From positions 1 through 33,111 of IMG/VR virus record IMGVR_UViG_3300037478_000506: 33,111 bases of DNA; one strand, 5' to 3'. Below the pieces are notes generated by a model that was given only the letters and a program-made list of their open reading frames with translations, ran no database searches and was not told the DNA's origin. The DNA comes from a virus (Duplodnaviria; Caudoviricetes). Of the stretch, positions 7,301-16,273 are shown piece by piece (position 1 is the stretch's first letter; the number at the start of each line of letters is the position of its first letter). The position numbers and the translations under genes were made by a program.

Positions 7301-10300
7301 CCAGGCCGCCCTCGACGGTGTAGAGGTAGTCCTTCCCCAGACGCAGGCGAGGGAGGAGCTCCCGCCCAAACTCCGCGATGATCGAGGCCTTCGAGAACTT
7401 GATCGGCTTGCCGTCGCCATAGCTCGGCGTCTCGCCGTTCGGCAGCGCGCCAGTGCGGATCACGCTCTGGGCCGTGAAGACCGGCTGCTGCATGACTTCC
7501 TCGACCACCGCTTTTCGGACGACCTCGCGCTCTTGTTTCCACCACGCCTCGCGTTCGCGCCGCCAGTCCGCCATCAGCCGCCGATCAACCTCGGCCCGTG
7601 CCGCGATACTCGCCTCGGTGACCCGGGCGCGATACGCCTCGAAGGTGAGCGGGTCCACGCCGGCGGTCGCGGGATCGGTGAACAGCGGCGTGATCGAGCC
7701 CTCGGCTTCGACGGCCGCGAGCGCCTCGTCGCTGGCCAGCAACCGATCGAAGACGCCGCGAATCTCCGGCGACACCTCGCCGGCACGCAGCCGGCGATAA
7801 ACGGCCACCAGCCAGGCCCGGAAGCGCGCGAAGACGGACTGCAGCTCGGCCGACGGCGCCGTGCCGGTCATCAGGTAGTCTTCGAACCCACGGGCGAACG
7901 CTTCGTGTTGCGTGCGCCGCTCGTCGACCGACAGCGCCCGCCATGCCGCGATGGACCCCGTAAAGCCGAACGAGCGGAGGACGGTCTCGGCGTCGGCGAC
8001 GAGCTGCCGCTGCGTGGCCGTGGCGGCGCCGAGCGCGCCGACCGTCTCGGCGTCCGCGACGAGCTCCTCGAGGAACGCGTGGCCGCTCTCGTGCAGGAAC
8101 GTCGAGAGATCGGCCTTGCCGGCGACGAGGCGGATCGTGTTCGTCGCCGGATTGAACCCGCCTTTGATGTCTCCGGATTCTTGAAAGAGTGCCGTCGTCT
8201 CGCGCGCCTGGTTGACAACGGTGAGCAGGTCCGCTGTACTGAGCGCCGACCTGTCGGGGCCTTGCGGCTCTGCCGTGACCGTGGACCTATAGTCGACGCT
8301 AACCCCGGCCGGTCGGTCCACGCGCTGCGCGTGCAGCGTGTAGAACGTGCGCCCTTCCCCTCGCGGCCCCGTGCGCATCGCCAGCTTCGCCACATACGAT
8401 CCGCCGGCCCACTCAAACGGAGTGTAGAGGTAGTCGTACTGCACGCCGCTCGCCGGGTCCGCACGGTCGGTCTCACTCCGTAGGTAGATGCCGCCGTCGA
8501 TCAACTCGTCGATGTGCTGCAGCGCGACGAGCTGCTCCGGGCGGAGGGCATAGTTCGCGGACTTCTTGAGCCCATCCTTCGACACCTTGACCGTCCATCC
8601 GGTATGCGTGTTCGAGACGTCGTGTGTCTGCGCGGCCTTCGCATAGGCGAATGCGCGCCGTCGCAACTCGGCAGGACTCACGTCGGCCAGCTCGAGCGGA
8701 CTGGCGAGTGGAATGATAGGCACCGCATCGGGGAGCGCGACCGCGCGCTGCAGCTCTGCCTCGATTGGCCGCGCCTGGTACAACGCAGCTTCGGTGCGGG
8801 CCTGGCGCGCGGCCGCCCGAGCCGCCTGGGCTTTCGCCCGGGCGCGCTGAAAGAACTCGCCCCCCTCCTGCGCCGTCAGTGCCGCGAGTCGTGCGGGGTC
8901 CACGCGCGCCGCCACGACGTCGATCAGCGCATCGCCGCGCGCCCAGGCGGCTGTCGCCCGGTGCGTGCCGTCCGCGATGTACAGCTTGCCGTGGTAATCC
9001 AACACGAACGGTCGATCCGCCGCCGCGCCTTCGAGTTTTTCCCGCACGCGCGGGCCACTGACCGTCTCCTGTGTGGCGACCAGGTCGGCGACGGGCACCT
9101 GCATCGGTGTGGCGTGCTGGAGGTCGGCCGCGCGGAAGAGACGACTCGCGATCGCGTTCGAGACCGTCGGAAACGGGACCACGCGCGATCCTGCGGTGTT
9201 CGTCGCCGGCGTGAGGCCCTCGAGCCGCGCGGCGATGTCGGCCGCGATCTCCTGTGCGATCCGCTGGTTGAACTCCGCGACGTCGAAGGAGGCGTCGCCG
9301 TCGGCCGGCTCCGATTCATCGAGGTCGACGTCCTCCGCCGCGGGACCGCGCCACGCATCCGCCCACCAGGCTGTTCCTGGGACGATGCCGAGCGCCGCTA
9401 GATCCGCAGACCCTGGGAGCGTGTCGACGTCGGGGTCGGCACCGAGCGCCTGATCGACGGCGTCAAAGAGGTCGTTGACCGTCTCGAGGGATTCGAAGCG
9501 TTGATCCTGTCGCAACGAGGTCAAGAGCCGATCGGGTGGGAGGCCGGTCTCAGCAAAGACCCCGCTGACGCCGTTCCAGGTCTGAGGCCCACTCGCCCGC
9601 ACGCCGCCGCGCCGCTCGCGCGCGTCACCCGCTTCGCGCGCCCAGCGCTCGATCTCACCGCGATAGGCCCCGGTGCGCGGTTCCCACCAGAGGCCGCCAT
9701 AGCTCGCGATCGCCCGGAGGAGATCCGGCCCGGTCCCGCTCTCGCGCTGGAGCGCCTGGCGCTCCTCCTCCATGGCCACGCGGAACTCGAGCTCGCGCCG
9801 GATGGTGGCCTCGTCGACGGTCGGATCGACGCCCCGCGCGTCGCGTAGGACCGCCGAGGCCACGGCACCGAGGTGTGCGGTTCGCCGTGTCTCACGCTGC
9901 GTAGGGGTTTCCGTCGCGGAGGCTGCACTCGGCGGAATGTCGATCGGCCCACGCGGCGCCCCGTCCGCCGGCGTCGGCAGCGCCGTGTCGCTCGTAATCT
10001 GTGGCGGCGGCGACTGTTCGAAGAGCGCCACCGGATCCACGCCCAGGCGCGCCGCCCGTACGGTGACCCGCTCAGCCCAGAGCGTCGCCCAGGCATCGGC
10101 GACGTCCGGCCGCGCGCCAGCGGCGCGCGCCTGGTCGCTGACGCGTTGACGGACCGTCTCGCGGGCGACGGTGTCGCGGGCCTGAGCTGGGTCGGTGGCC
10201 ACCGCCGCGGCCTCGGCGGCCCCGCTGGCGACGGCTTCGTCACTGGCCGAGGCCTCGGCGGCTTCGCGCGCGTTCCGTTGATCGGGACGCAGCCGGAGCT

Positions 10301-11684
10301 CTTGCGCAAAAAAGGCGTGATGCTCCGTCGGCGCGATCTGTACGGCATACGCCGCCGTCGGGATCACCAGGTCGGCCCCGGTCCGCCGAGCCTCCGCCAG
10401 CGCGCCAGGTCGCCCGGTGAGCTGGTCTGCGCGCGCGATCGGATTCTCGCCTTTCGACTGCCAGTACTCGGCGAAAGACTCCGCCGGCGCGTAGAGATGC
10501 TCGATCGGCCCGTCCTTGGTCACCCGCTGGAGGAACTCTTGCGCCGCCGCCGGGAGGCGCGCCACGAGGGCGCTCTCGGTGGCCCCCTTCGCCAGACCGT
10601 CGAAGAAGGCCTGCCGCTGCCCCTGTTCGACGCGCCGTCGCTGCGACGTCAACACACGGTCCCCGGCCACCGCGAGCGTCGTCTGCGCCCCGACCGCCGT
10701 CAGCGTGGCGATGAGCGTCGTCGCCGCGGCCGACGGCCGCGCCTCGAGGTAGCTTGTGAACGGTTGATCGGGGTTGAGCGTGGCCCACTCGTTCAGGTCT
10801 TGCAACACCGTGGCGACCTGCTCGCCGGGGATCTCCGCGGCGACCTGACGGACCAAGAGACGCACAAGCCCGGCGCGCTTCGTCAGATCGCGGAGGAGCC
10901 AGCTCGCCGGAATCTGTTCGGTGGCGACCTCGACCGCCGCTTGTGACGCCCCAAACAACGCCGACCGGGCCACGGACACGCCCTCGTCGCGGGCCTGACC
11001 GAAGGCCTCGCCCCCGGTGACGCCACCCATCGTCGCCAGCACGGGCCCCGGCGTACCCGTAGCCAGGGACATCGCCAGTCCCGGCACCATGGAGCCGAGG
11101 GATTCGAATCCGCTATAGAACGCTTGCTCATGCGCGCCCGCCCCCGCCTGGTCGCCCTTGGTCGCCTCGGCGAGGTCGATCGCCTGCTGGCGCGCGGCCG
11201 CGAAGTAGGCCCCCCACCCGGTCGCTCCGACCATTTCGGCGCCGGCTTGCGCCACGCCGAACGCGCCGACGTTGAACCGCGGAAAGCCCGCCGCGAACGC
11301 GCGCGCACTGTTGGCCCCGACCTGAAGCGTGCGCTCGAGCACCCCGAGTGTCGGGAGGTCGTCGGCCGCGGCTGAGGCCCGCGTGGGATCTTCCTGGAGC
11401 CACTCGGCAAGCCGCGGATAGCTCGCGCGGAAGGCGTCGGCATCGAAGTCGGCGCGGGCCGCCTCCCGGGCGATCTCCTCGCGGTTCGCGCGAATGACCG
11501 CCTCGGGCAGTCCCGTTTTGAGCCGGAGGGCGAAGACGCGACCCGCCTCGTCCGCGGGCACCTGCCCGGCCGCATCGACGGTCCGTGTGAGCGGATCCTC
11601 CTGCTGGGATGGGAAGAGCCCACGGCTCGGCGTCGGTCGCCGCCGCGGCGACTCGTCGGGGAAGAGCGCCTGCTGTGGCGGCAT
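4347..11684 (-). CDS. Large internal virion/DNA ejection protein, polyvalent (ParB-like, LPD3-like and HExxH zincin-like modules), 2445 aa
   Basis: Third and largest ejection gene by position; Ala/Arg/Glu-rich helical body. Motifs DLVATQ...LYIADGTHRATA (about 8900-9110), NTHTGWTVKVSKDGLKK...YLYTPF...FYTL (about 8325-8630) and DLSTFLHESGHAFLE (HESGH at 8079-8093). Confidence 0.85.
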   Translation of the reverse strand: MPPQQALFPDESPRRRPTPSRGLFPSQQEDPLTRTVDAAGQVPADEAGRVFALRLKTGLPEAVIRANREEIAREAARADFDADAFRASYPRLAEWLQEDPTRASAAADDLPTLGVLERTLQVGANSARAFAAGFPRFNVGAFGVAQAGAEMVGATGWGAYFAAARQQAIDLAEATKGDQAGAGAHEQAFYSGFESLGSMVPGLAMSLATGTPGPVLATMGGVTGGEAFGQARDEGVSVARSALFGASQAAVEVATEQIPASWLLRDLTKRAGLVRLLVRQVAAEIPGEQVATVLQDLNEWATLNPDQPFTSYLEARPSAAATTLIATLTAVGAQTTLAVAGDRVLTSQRRRVEQGQRQAFFDGLAKGATESALVARLPAAAQEFLQRVTKDGPIEHLYAPAESFAEYWQSKGENPIARADQLTGRPGALAEARRTGADLVIPTAAYAVQIAPTEHHAFFAQELRLRPDQRNAREAAEASASDEAVASGAAEAAAVATDPAQARDTVARETVRQRVSDQARAAGARPDVADAWATLWAERVTVRAARLGVDPVALFEQSPPPQITSDTALPTPADGAPRGPIDIPPSAASATETPTQRETRRTAHLGAVASAVLRDARGVDPTVDEATIRRELEFRVAMEEERQALQRESGTGPDLLRAIASYGGLWWEPRTGAYRGEIERWAREAGDARERRGGVRASGPQTWNGVSGVFAETGLPPDRLLTSLRQDQRFESLETVNDLFDAVDQALGADPDVDTLPGSADLAALGIVPGTAWWADAWRGPAAEDVDLDESEPADGDASFDVAEFNQRIAQEIAADIAARLEGLTPATNTAGSRVVPFPTVSNAIASRLFRAADLQHATPMQVPVADLVATQETVSGPRVREKLEGAAADRPFVLDYHGKLYIADGTHRATAAWARGDALIDVVAARVDPARLAALTAQEGGEFFQRARAKAQAARAAARQARTEAALYQARPIEAELQRAVALPDAVPIIPLASPLELADVSPAELRRRAFAYAKAAQTHDVSNTHTGWTVKVSKDGLKKSANYALRPEQLVALQHIDELIDGGIYLRSETDRADPASGVQYDYLYTPFEWAGGSYVAKLAMRTGPRGEGRTFYTLHAQRVDRPAGVSVDYRSTVTAEPQGPDRSALSTADLLTVVNQARETTALFQESGDIKGGFNPATNTIRLVAGKADLSTFLHESGHAFLEELVADAETVGALGAATATQRQLVADAETVLRSFGFTGSIAAWRALSVDERRTQHEAFARGFEDYLMTGTAPSAELQSVFARFRAWLVAVYRRLRAGEVSPEIRGVFDRLLASDEALAAVEAEGSITPLFTDPATAGVDPLTFEAYRARVTEASIAARAEVDRRLMADWRREREAWWKQEREVVRKAVVEEVMQQPVFTAQSVIRTGALPNGETPSYGDGKPIKFSKASIIAEFGRELLPRLRLGKDYLYTVEGGLAADTLAELTGFPSGDALVQALLHAPRVERVIESETDDRMRQKHGDLLLDGMTLRETAEGAVHAQRASVIAAELAALTQGMAEATIPRPDQVRTAAAQQIARTVVRDLKPGLFLQASVRASRQAFDAFAANDRAGAVRAKQRELFSLALYRAARDAREQAEATSRRVRQYDVNTAARARVGKADQAFLDQIDGFLDRYEFAPVSQKVLDRRASLRQWVASLEREGMPISLPDELLDDARRVNWRELTVEELEGVGAAVDQIAHLARLKNKLLKANEARELSQVRAELATSIREAAPARERTHEPRLAHERTKAFFEGVFASHRKIASIVRELDGFADGGPMFEHVLRRINDAGNAEAQAHATATEQLYRIFQRYTPAERARLSKKQHIPALGGPADPLASLSKQARLMVALNWGNETNRQRIMDGKHWSQAQVEAILDTLDARDWDFVDAVTGFINDYWPAIAEKQRRVVGVAPTKVEATPVFTRFGDRPGGYFPLMFDGELSGKVFNLEDASAADMQKAAAYVHATTARGHVEERTEGRVTLPVRLDFGVIWEHVGRVIHDLTHHEMLIDVGRIVGSDEVQSAVYDTLGPKAFDQLRRGLKDIAVGDVPARHEMEGVMSHLRSGATIVGLGWSATTTLLQPLGLTQSINRIGARWVARGLGRWLRGAATMEKTVAGIHAKSSLMANRHRTMMREVHEIRNRLGVDTGRFTGWLDAALQGVSGGMATKQGLADSYFWAIGRAQMIADIPTWLGAYEKAAADPAFLAEDGTFDEARVIAVADQAVLDSQGGGQIKDLAAVQRGSPAWKLWTNFYSYFNVTFNLWTEAKRRANVRRHPAQIGRLAVDYLLLFAAPAVLAHVLRSALTGELDDELEDPEAFMKTLLGENLAYMAGSMIGLRELGGYLQGYSQYDGPAGARGIASLGRLVGQVHQGEVDEALLRALNTSTGVLFHYPAAQVDRTSRGIAALVDGRTDHPLAVLMGPPRE

Positions 11685-13555
11685 CAGTCCACCCCTCGCA
11701 GCGCGTCCTCGATGTCCTGCCTCGTCCCACCGGCCAGTGAGCGACCGACGGCGCGCTCAATCCGCGTGCCGTAGCGCGCGCGCAGTTGTGACTCGGAGAG
11801 TGCGGCACTGCCGGGCAAGCCGCGCAGGTAGTTGAGCGCGTCCTGGTAGAGCCGACTCTCCCGCGCGATGTCCTGGAGCGGGACATAGGCGGCGCGCCGG
11901 TCGTCCGGATGCACGAGCGCCGCGATCGTGTCGGTGTCCCAGAACCAGTCGTCGACCTTGACGCGCTGTTGGACGATCGCTTCCATCGTCGCGCGCTTCT
12001 CGTCGTAGGTCAGGACCCCATTCTTCGCTTGCTGGCGTCGGGCAATCTCGGCCTCGACGGTCGCCTGGAGTTGTCCGATGTTCGCCTTCTGCGCGTTCGA
12101 CTTTTGGCTATCGAAGACGTAGTCGAGCCCCGCCTCGTTGGCGATGCTGTTGAACAGCTCGGTGTCGATGGTGGCGGACCGCACCGCGGCATCGCTCCGC
12201 AAAAGCTGCTCTTGGTCGGTGAGCAACCGGTTCACGTGCTCACGGCCGAGCGTGGGGAGCTGCGCGAGGATCTCGCCCCGGCTCATGTCGCGGAGCCGTT
12301 GCGGGTCGGAGAGGTCGAAGTAGGCGGCCCATCCGTCCATTTCGCGCAGCTTGTCTTCGCGCTGGAGTCGAGTGAGCGCACGACTCTCCTCCGCCGCCGC
12401 ACGTCCCGCGCGCGTCGCCGCCCTCTGCTCGTTCCGCCAGGACTCATTCGCGTAGTAGTCGCGGATCTGGATCTGCACGCGCCCCGGCGCGGCCACAAAG
12501 GCCGGCAGCCGCCGGATCTCCGTCATCGAGCGGCCGTCCAGGACCGCGCCCCAGACGTCGCTCAAGACCGCGTCCTCGCGTTCCTTGCGACCGCTGTCGA
12601 CGCCGGCCTTCCGTTGCCGGAGCCAGTCGATCGTCGCGCGCAGGACCTTCGTGTTGCCGGCAAACCGGCGGCGCGCCTCGGCTTCCATGACATCGAGCGC
12701 GATCGGTTCCGTGTCGTCGGTGGGCCCGAGTGCGGTCCAGATCTCCTCTGAGGCCCGCAAGGCCTCCCCGTCGGTCGTCGCGAGCTCGAGCTTTTCCTCG
12801 AGCGGACCGATGGCGCTCCCGTTGAGCTGGTCCCGCACCTCGTGGAAGTACTCCTGGGCGTCCTGGTCGCGGTCCAACCCGATCAGGCGTTCGACGACTC
12901 CCACATGCACCTTCGATCGCAGATCGGCGACGAACGCGTGGCGCGCCTCGGGCCCGGAGAGGCCCAGGACCGCCGCGTGCGTCTCGACAATCTGCTCGAC
13001 GCGCGCGAGCTCCTCGGCGACCCGTGGCACGTTCTCGGCATTGGCGATCGCCAGGTTGACCGCGGTCGTGAGCCCAGCCTCCGCCTCGCCCTTGTCGTAC
13101 GCCGCGAGCTCGCGCGCGGTATGGCGTTCGATGCCCTCGAGGATCGAGGAGCGGCGCTGCTCGCGCGCTCGCGCGAAGGCCTGCCGCTGCCGATCGCTGG
13201 TCAGGTTCGAGGCGATCATGTCGGCCTGTTGGTCGAAGAGCTCCATCGACAGCTGCCGCAGCGGGAGCACGTCGCGTCCGGTCACACGCTGGAACCCATG
13301 GTCGGGATCGGTGGTGAGTTGATGCTCAAGGTCGCCGAGCTGCCGCTCCGCGGTCGTCAAGGCGACGACGTCGGCGCGCTCGTGCTCGCGCGAGCGCAGC
13401 TCCAGCCCGATCCGCGTCGCCTCCGCGCCGAACGCGGCGATCGCCTGGCCTTGTGGTCCGCCCTGCGACGCGAAGGTTTCCGCCGCCTGGCGCCGCACCG
13501 TGGCGCGCGGCCGCGTAGCGACTTGCTGTTGGCTGTAGCGTTGCACCCGTGGCAT
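11684..13555 (-). CDS. Internal virion/ejection protein (middle), 623 aa
   Basis: MPRVQRY N-terminus, helical composition, and position between the small and large ejection genes; 1-nt stop/start overlap with the next gene. Confidence 0.75.
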   Translation of the reverse strand: MPRVQRYSQQQVATRPRATVRRQAAETFASQGGPQGQAIAAFGAEATRIGLELRSREHERADVVALTTAERQLGDLEHQLTTDPDHGFQRVTGRDVLPLRQLSMELFDQQADMIASNLTSDRQRQAFARAREQRRSSILEGIERHTARELAAYDKGEAEAGLTTAVNLAIANAENVPRVAEELARVEQIVETHAAVLGLSGPEARHAFVADLRSKVHVGVVERLIGLDRDQDAQEYFHEVRDQLNGSAIGPLEEKLELATTDGEALRASEEIWTALGPTDDTEPIALDVMEAEARRRFAGNTKVLRATIDWLRQRKAGVDSGRKEREDAVLSDVWGAVLDGRSMTEIRRLPAFVAAPGRVQIQIRDYYANESWRNEQRAATRAGRAAAEESRALTRLQREDKLREMDGWAAYFDLSDPQRLRDMSRGEILAQLPTLGREHVNRLLTDQEQLLRSDAAVRSATIDTELFNSIANEAGLDYVFDSQKSNAQKANIGQLQATVEAEIARRQQAKNGVLTYDEKRATMEAIVQQRVKVDDWFWDTDTIAALVHPDDRRAAYVPLQDIARESRLYQDALNYLRGLPGSAALSESQLRARYGTRIERAVGRSLAGGTRQDIEDALRGVD

Positions 13556-13559
13556 GGCC

Positions 13560-14078
13560 TTATCCTCTCGCCGACGTACGGTCCCACCCGTAGCGGTTCA
13601 TGAGCAGCGAGCTCGTGCCGCTCAAGGCCGTCGTGGCCGCGCCCCACCGCGCGGCACTGGCCGCCGCGCCGCCCCCCCGCCGGGCGACGTCCGCGCCGAG
13701 TCGGCGGTCGGTGGCCTCCGCTTCGAATCCGCGGGCTTCCCGGGCGGCGTTGTTCCGGATCTGCAGCGCGTCGAGGTCGCCGAGCCGGCGCGCATCGGCC
13801 TGCACCTCCGCGGCGCTCCCGCTGTGCACGTCGACGTTCTGGCCGGCGAACCCGACGCGTTGCGAGCCGATCAGGACGCGCACCTGGCTACGGAAGCGCG
13901 ACTCCTCCTCGTGCCCGCGGGCGAGCGCATCCGCGGCCTGTCGCTCGGCTTCCTCCGCGTTGAACTCCTCGCGGGCCGCCTGGCTCTCCCCGACCGCCTT
14001 TGCGGCCTGTCCCGCACGCAGTTGCCCGTACACCGACACGCCCAAGCCGATCAGTGCCAACGTCGTTCCGAGCGCCAT
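13560..14078 (-). CDS. Small internal virion/ejection protein, 172 aa
   Basis: Hydrophobic Gly-rich N-terminus, A/Q-rich helix and GSQRVGFAGQNVDVHSGSA motif; GAGGG RBS; follows tail tubular B. Confidence 0.8.
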   Translation of the reverse strand: MALGTTLALIGLGVSVYGQLRAGQAAKAVGESQAAREEFNAEEAERQAADALARGHEEESRFRSQVRVLIGSQRVGFAGQNVDVHSGSAAEVQADARRLGDLDALQIRNNAAREARGFEAEATDRRLGADVARRGGGAAASAARWGAATTALSGTSSLLMNRYGWDRTSARG

Positions 14079-14082
14079 GTCG

Positions 14083-16272
14083 TTACCCTCCTACCTCGAA
14101 GAGCGGTATCAGCCCGAGAATCGCCAACGGCGACGGGTCGGTGTGGCGAATCACCACCCGCCCGTGATCGTTGAATGCGGAGCTGAGGTTGGCCTCAAAC
14201 TGCCCGGTGACCAGCCCGCTCGCCGGCTGCCAGCTCGCCCGGCGCTGCAGGAAGAGATGGTCTGCATCGGGTCCGGCAAAGAACCCGCCGACGGAGCTCT
14301 CGACGATGGCGGTCACGCCCTGCACCCGCTTGCGCTTCCCACGCACCGACGAGCCGGCCACGTCAAGCTCGAGCGTCTCGAGCTCGGCCGTGATGCGTAG
14401 GCCCACCTGGACGACGGACGCCGCGGTCGAGAGCGTGATCGCGCCCCCGCTGACTGTAAACGGCCCTTGCGTCGCCGCATCGGCCCAGGCATAGACCGTC
14501 TCGCCCTCGAGATGGTCGAGCCCCGCAATCGCCGTCGTCGCGGCCCCATCGTAGGTCGCGCTCGCGTCGAGAAAAATCTGGTCCTCGAGGGTGGCCGCCG
14601 TCGGCACTTCCCGCGGCGCAAAGCGTTCGATGTAGCGGACGGACTGCCCGTCAATCGTGCGCCGCACGAGCACGTAGACGGCGTGGGCATTGTTCTCCGG
14701 CACGACACAGACGTCTTCGAAGAGCCCACTCGCGCCGGTGTCGTGGCGATGCCAGCCGTAGCTGTCAATCTCCGGCAGATACGTCAGCCCTAGGAGCACG
14801 CCATCGTCGCGCACCCCCCAGACGATCGAGTACGGGATATCGGCCACGTCGAGCCGGACCACGGTGTTCTTGAACAGGTGCCGGGCGAAGATCGTGAGAT
14901 CGTTTGACACGAACCCGTCGAAGGTCTGGTTAAAGCGCAGGCTCCGGACGACCCGCGAGAGGTACTGCACGAAGATCACGGTCGAGCCCAACACGACGGG
15001 GACCGGCGCGGCCCCCGCGCCGGAGAAGCCGTCCTGATCCGGATGGATCGAGCTGGGCGTCAGGACGCCGGATTCATCGCCCCGCACGATCCACTCGCCC
15101 CCGTCGGTCAGCAGGAGCAACCGTTTCAGCCCGACGAGATGCTGAATCCCCTGGACCTGTTTCCCCTTGAGCGTGAAGGTCACCGCGTCATCGTCTTGCA
15201 GCGGGGATCGAATCGAGAAGTTCGACGGCAGCCCCGTCCGGGACGCCCAACAGGTCGAGACGGCCGCGTGCGAGTTGGCGAACAGCCGGCGCTGTTGGTA
15301 GTACGCCGCCGTGTGCGGGTACTGATTCGTGGCATTGAACAGCACGCGCGCTTGGGGTGGGGTGATCGCGAAGTCTGGCGCGAAGCCGCCGTCGTAGAAC
15401 GTCGTCACACCGGTCGCGGTGGCCAGATACCCAAACGTGCCGTTGCCGAGCGGATCTTTGAAGATCCGATACTCGACGGCGCCCGACACGGCGTCCCAGG
15501 TGATCTCGTTCGGCGCCGCATCGGTGGGCTCCGCGGCGCTGGCACACGTCGCCCCGGCGGAGGCGAGCGATTCCTCGAGCGTCTCGGCGGCGACGGCGGT
15601 GATGACATAGACCGGATTCATCGCGCCGGCGGCGCCCGGCGTGGCCGCGGGATTCGCCGGGGCGGCGATCGCCGGGGCGGTCACCACCGGCGTCAGGGTC
15701 CAGGTCGTGTCACCGGTGCGCGTGAGCTCCTGGGGCGGGTAGTCCTGGTGCGTGAGCGTGACGACGTTCTCATCCTGCACCGCACGGACCAAGTGCACGT
15801 TGTCGGTGAAGGGCGTGGGGAGCTCAAAGATCGCGCCCGTCAACGGATACCAGTACGTCGCGTTGGGCGGTTGCTGGTTCGTATGCGCGAGGATGCAGTA
15901 GTAGTGGACGCTGCTCTCGACGACCAGATCCCCGACCACGTACGCCGTCGCGTTCGACCAGGCCGACACCGACGAGACGGTGATCGGCGCGCCGTCGCGA
16001 TGGAACCGCAGATAGCCGCTCCCGACTTCCATGACATAGGTTTGCGTGGCGTTGTAGACGAACTTCAGGAGCCAGGTCGGGCTGGTCGAGTCCTTCACTT
16101 CGGCGACGAACTGCGTCCCCGAGCGATTGGCGACGCCGCCGGCGCGCTGGACGAGGAAGTTTCGGCACGTCCGGAGGGCCCGGCCGTAGAGCTCGAGGTC
16201 GGCGCGCGCCGACAGCGACGGCGCAATCTCGCCATCACTGAAGGCCCGTTGAACGAGGCGGTTGAGGGGCAT
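14083..16272 (-). CDS. Tail tubular protein B / nozzle (T7 gp12-like), 729 aa, with CBM5/12-like insertion
   Basis: QRAFSDGEIAPSL, NFLVQRAGGVANRSG, YYQQRRLFA, GWHRHDT, GLDHLEGETV. Confidence 0.9.
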   Translation of the reverse strand: MPLNRLVQRAFSDGEIAPSLSARADLELYGRALRTCRNFLVQRAGGVANRSGTQFVAEVKDSTSPTWLLKFVYNATQTYVMEVGSGYLRFHRDGAPITVSSVSAWSNATAYVVGDLVVESSVHYYCILAHTNQQPPNATYWYPLTGAIFELPTPFTDNVHLVRAVQDENVVTLTHQDYPPQELTRTGDTTWTLTPVVTAPAIAAPANPAATPGAAGAMNPVYVITAVAAETLEESLASAGATCASAAEPTDAAPNEITWDAVSGAVEYRIFKDPLGNGTFGYLATATGVTTFYDGGFAPDFAITPPQARVLFNATNQYPHTAAYYQQRRLFANSHAAVSTCWASRTGLPSNFSIRSPLQDDDAVTFTLKGKQVQGIQHLVGLKRLLLLTDGGEWIVRGDESGVLTPSSIHPDQDGFSGAGAAPVPVVLGSTVIFVQYLSRVVRSLRFNQTFDGFVSNDLTIFARHLFKNTVVRLDVADIPYSIVWGVRDDGVLLGLTYLPEIDSYGWHRHDTGASGLFEDVCVVPENNAHAVYVLVRRTIDGQSVRYIERFAPREVPTAATLEDQIFLDASATYDGAATTAIAGLDHLEGETVYAWADAATQGPFTVSGGAITLSTAASVVQVGLRITAELETLELDVAGSSVRGKRKRVQGVTAIVESSVGGFFAGPDADHLFLQRRASWQPASGLVTGQFEANLSSAFNDHGRVVIRHTDPSPLAILGLIPLFEVGG
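15850..15912. repeat. Copy 1 of a 63-nt dispersed repeat (CBM-like cassette in tail tubular B)
   Basis: 58/63 identical to 16706-16768, with a 34-nt exact core at 15872-15905. Confidence 0.95.
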
Positions 16273-16273
16273 C

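Noticed and set aside
13990-14078. Hydrophobic N-terminus of the small ejection protein as a third leader
   Set aside because: Hydrophobic Gly-rich N-termini are normal for this class of ejection protein, and it lacks the basic n-region.
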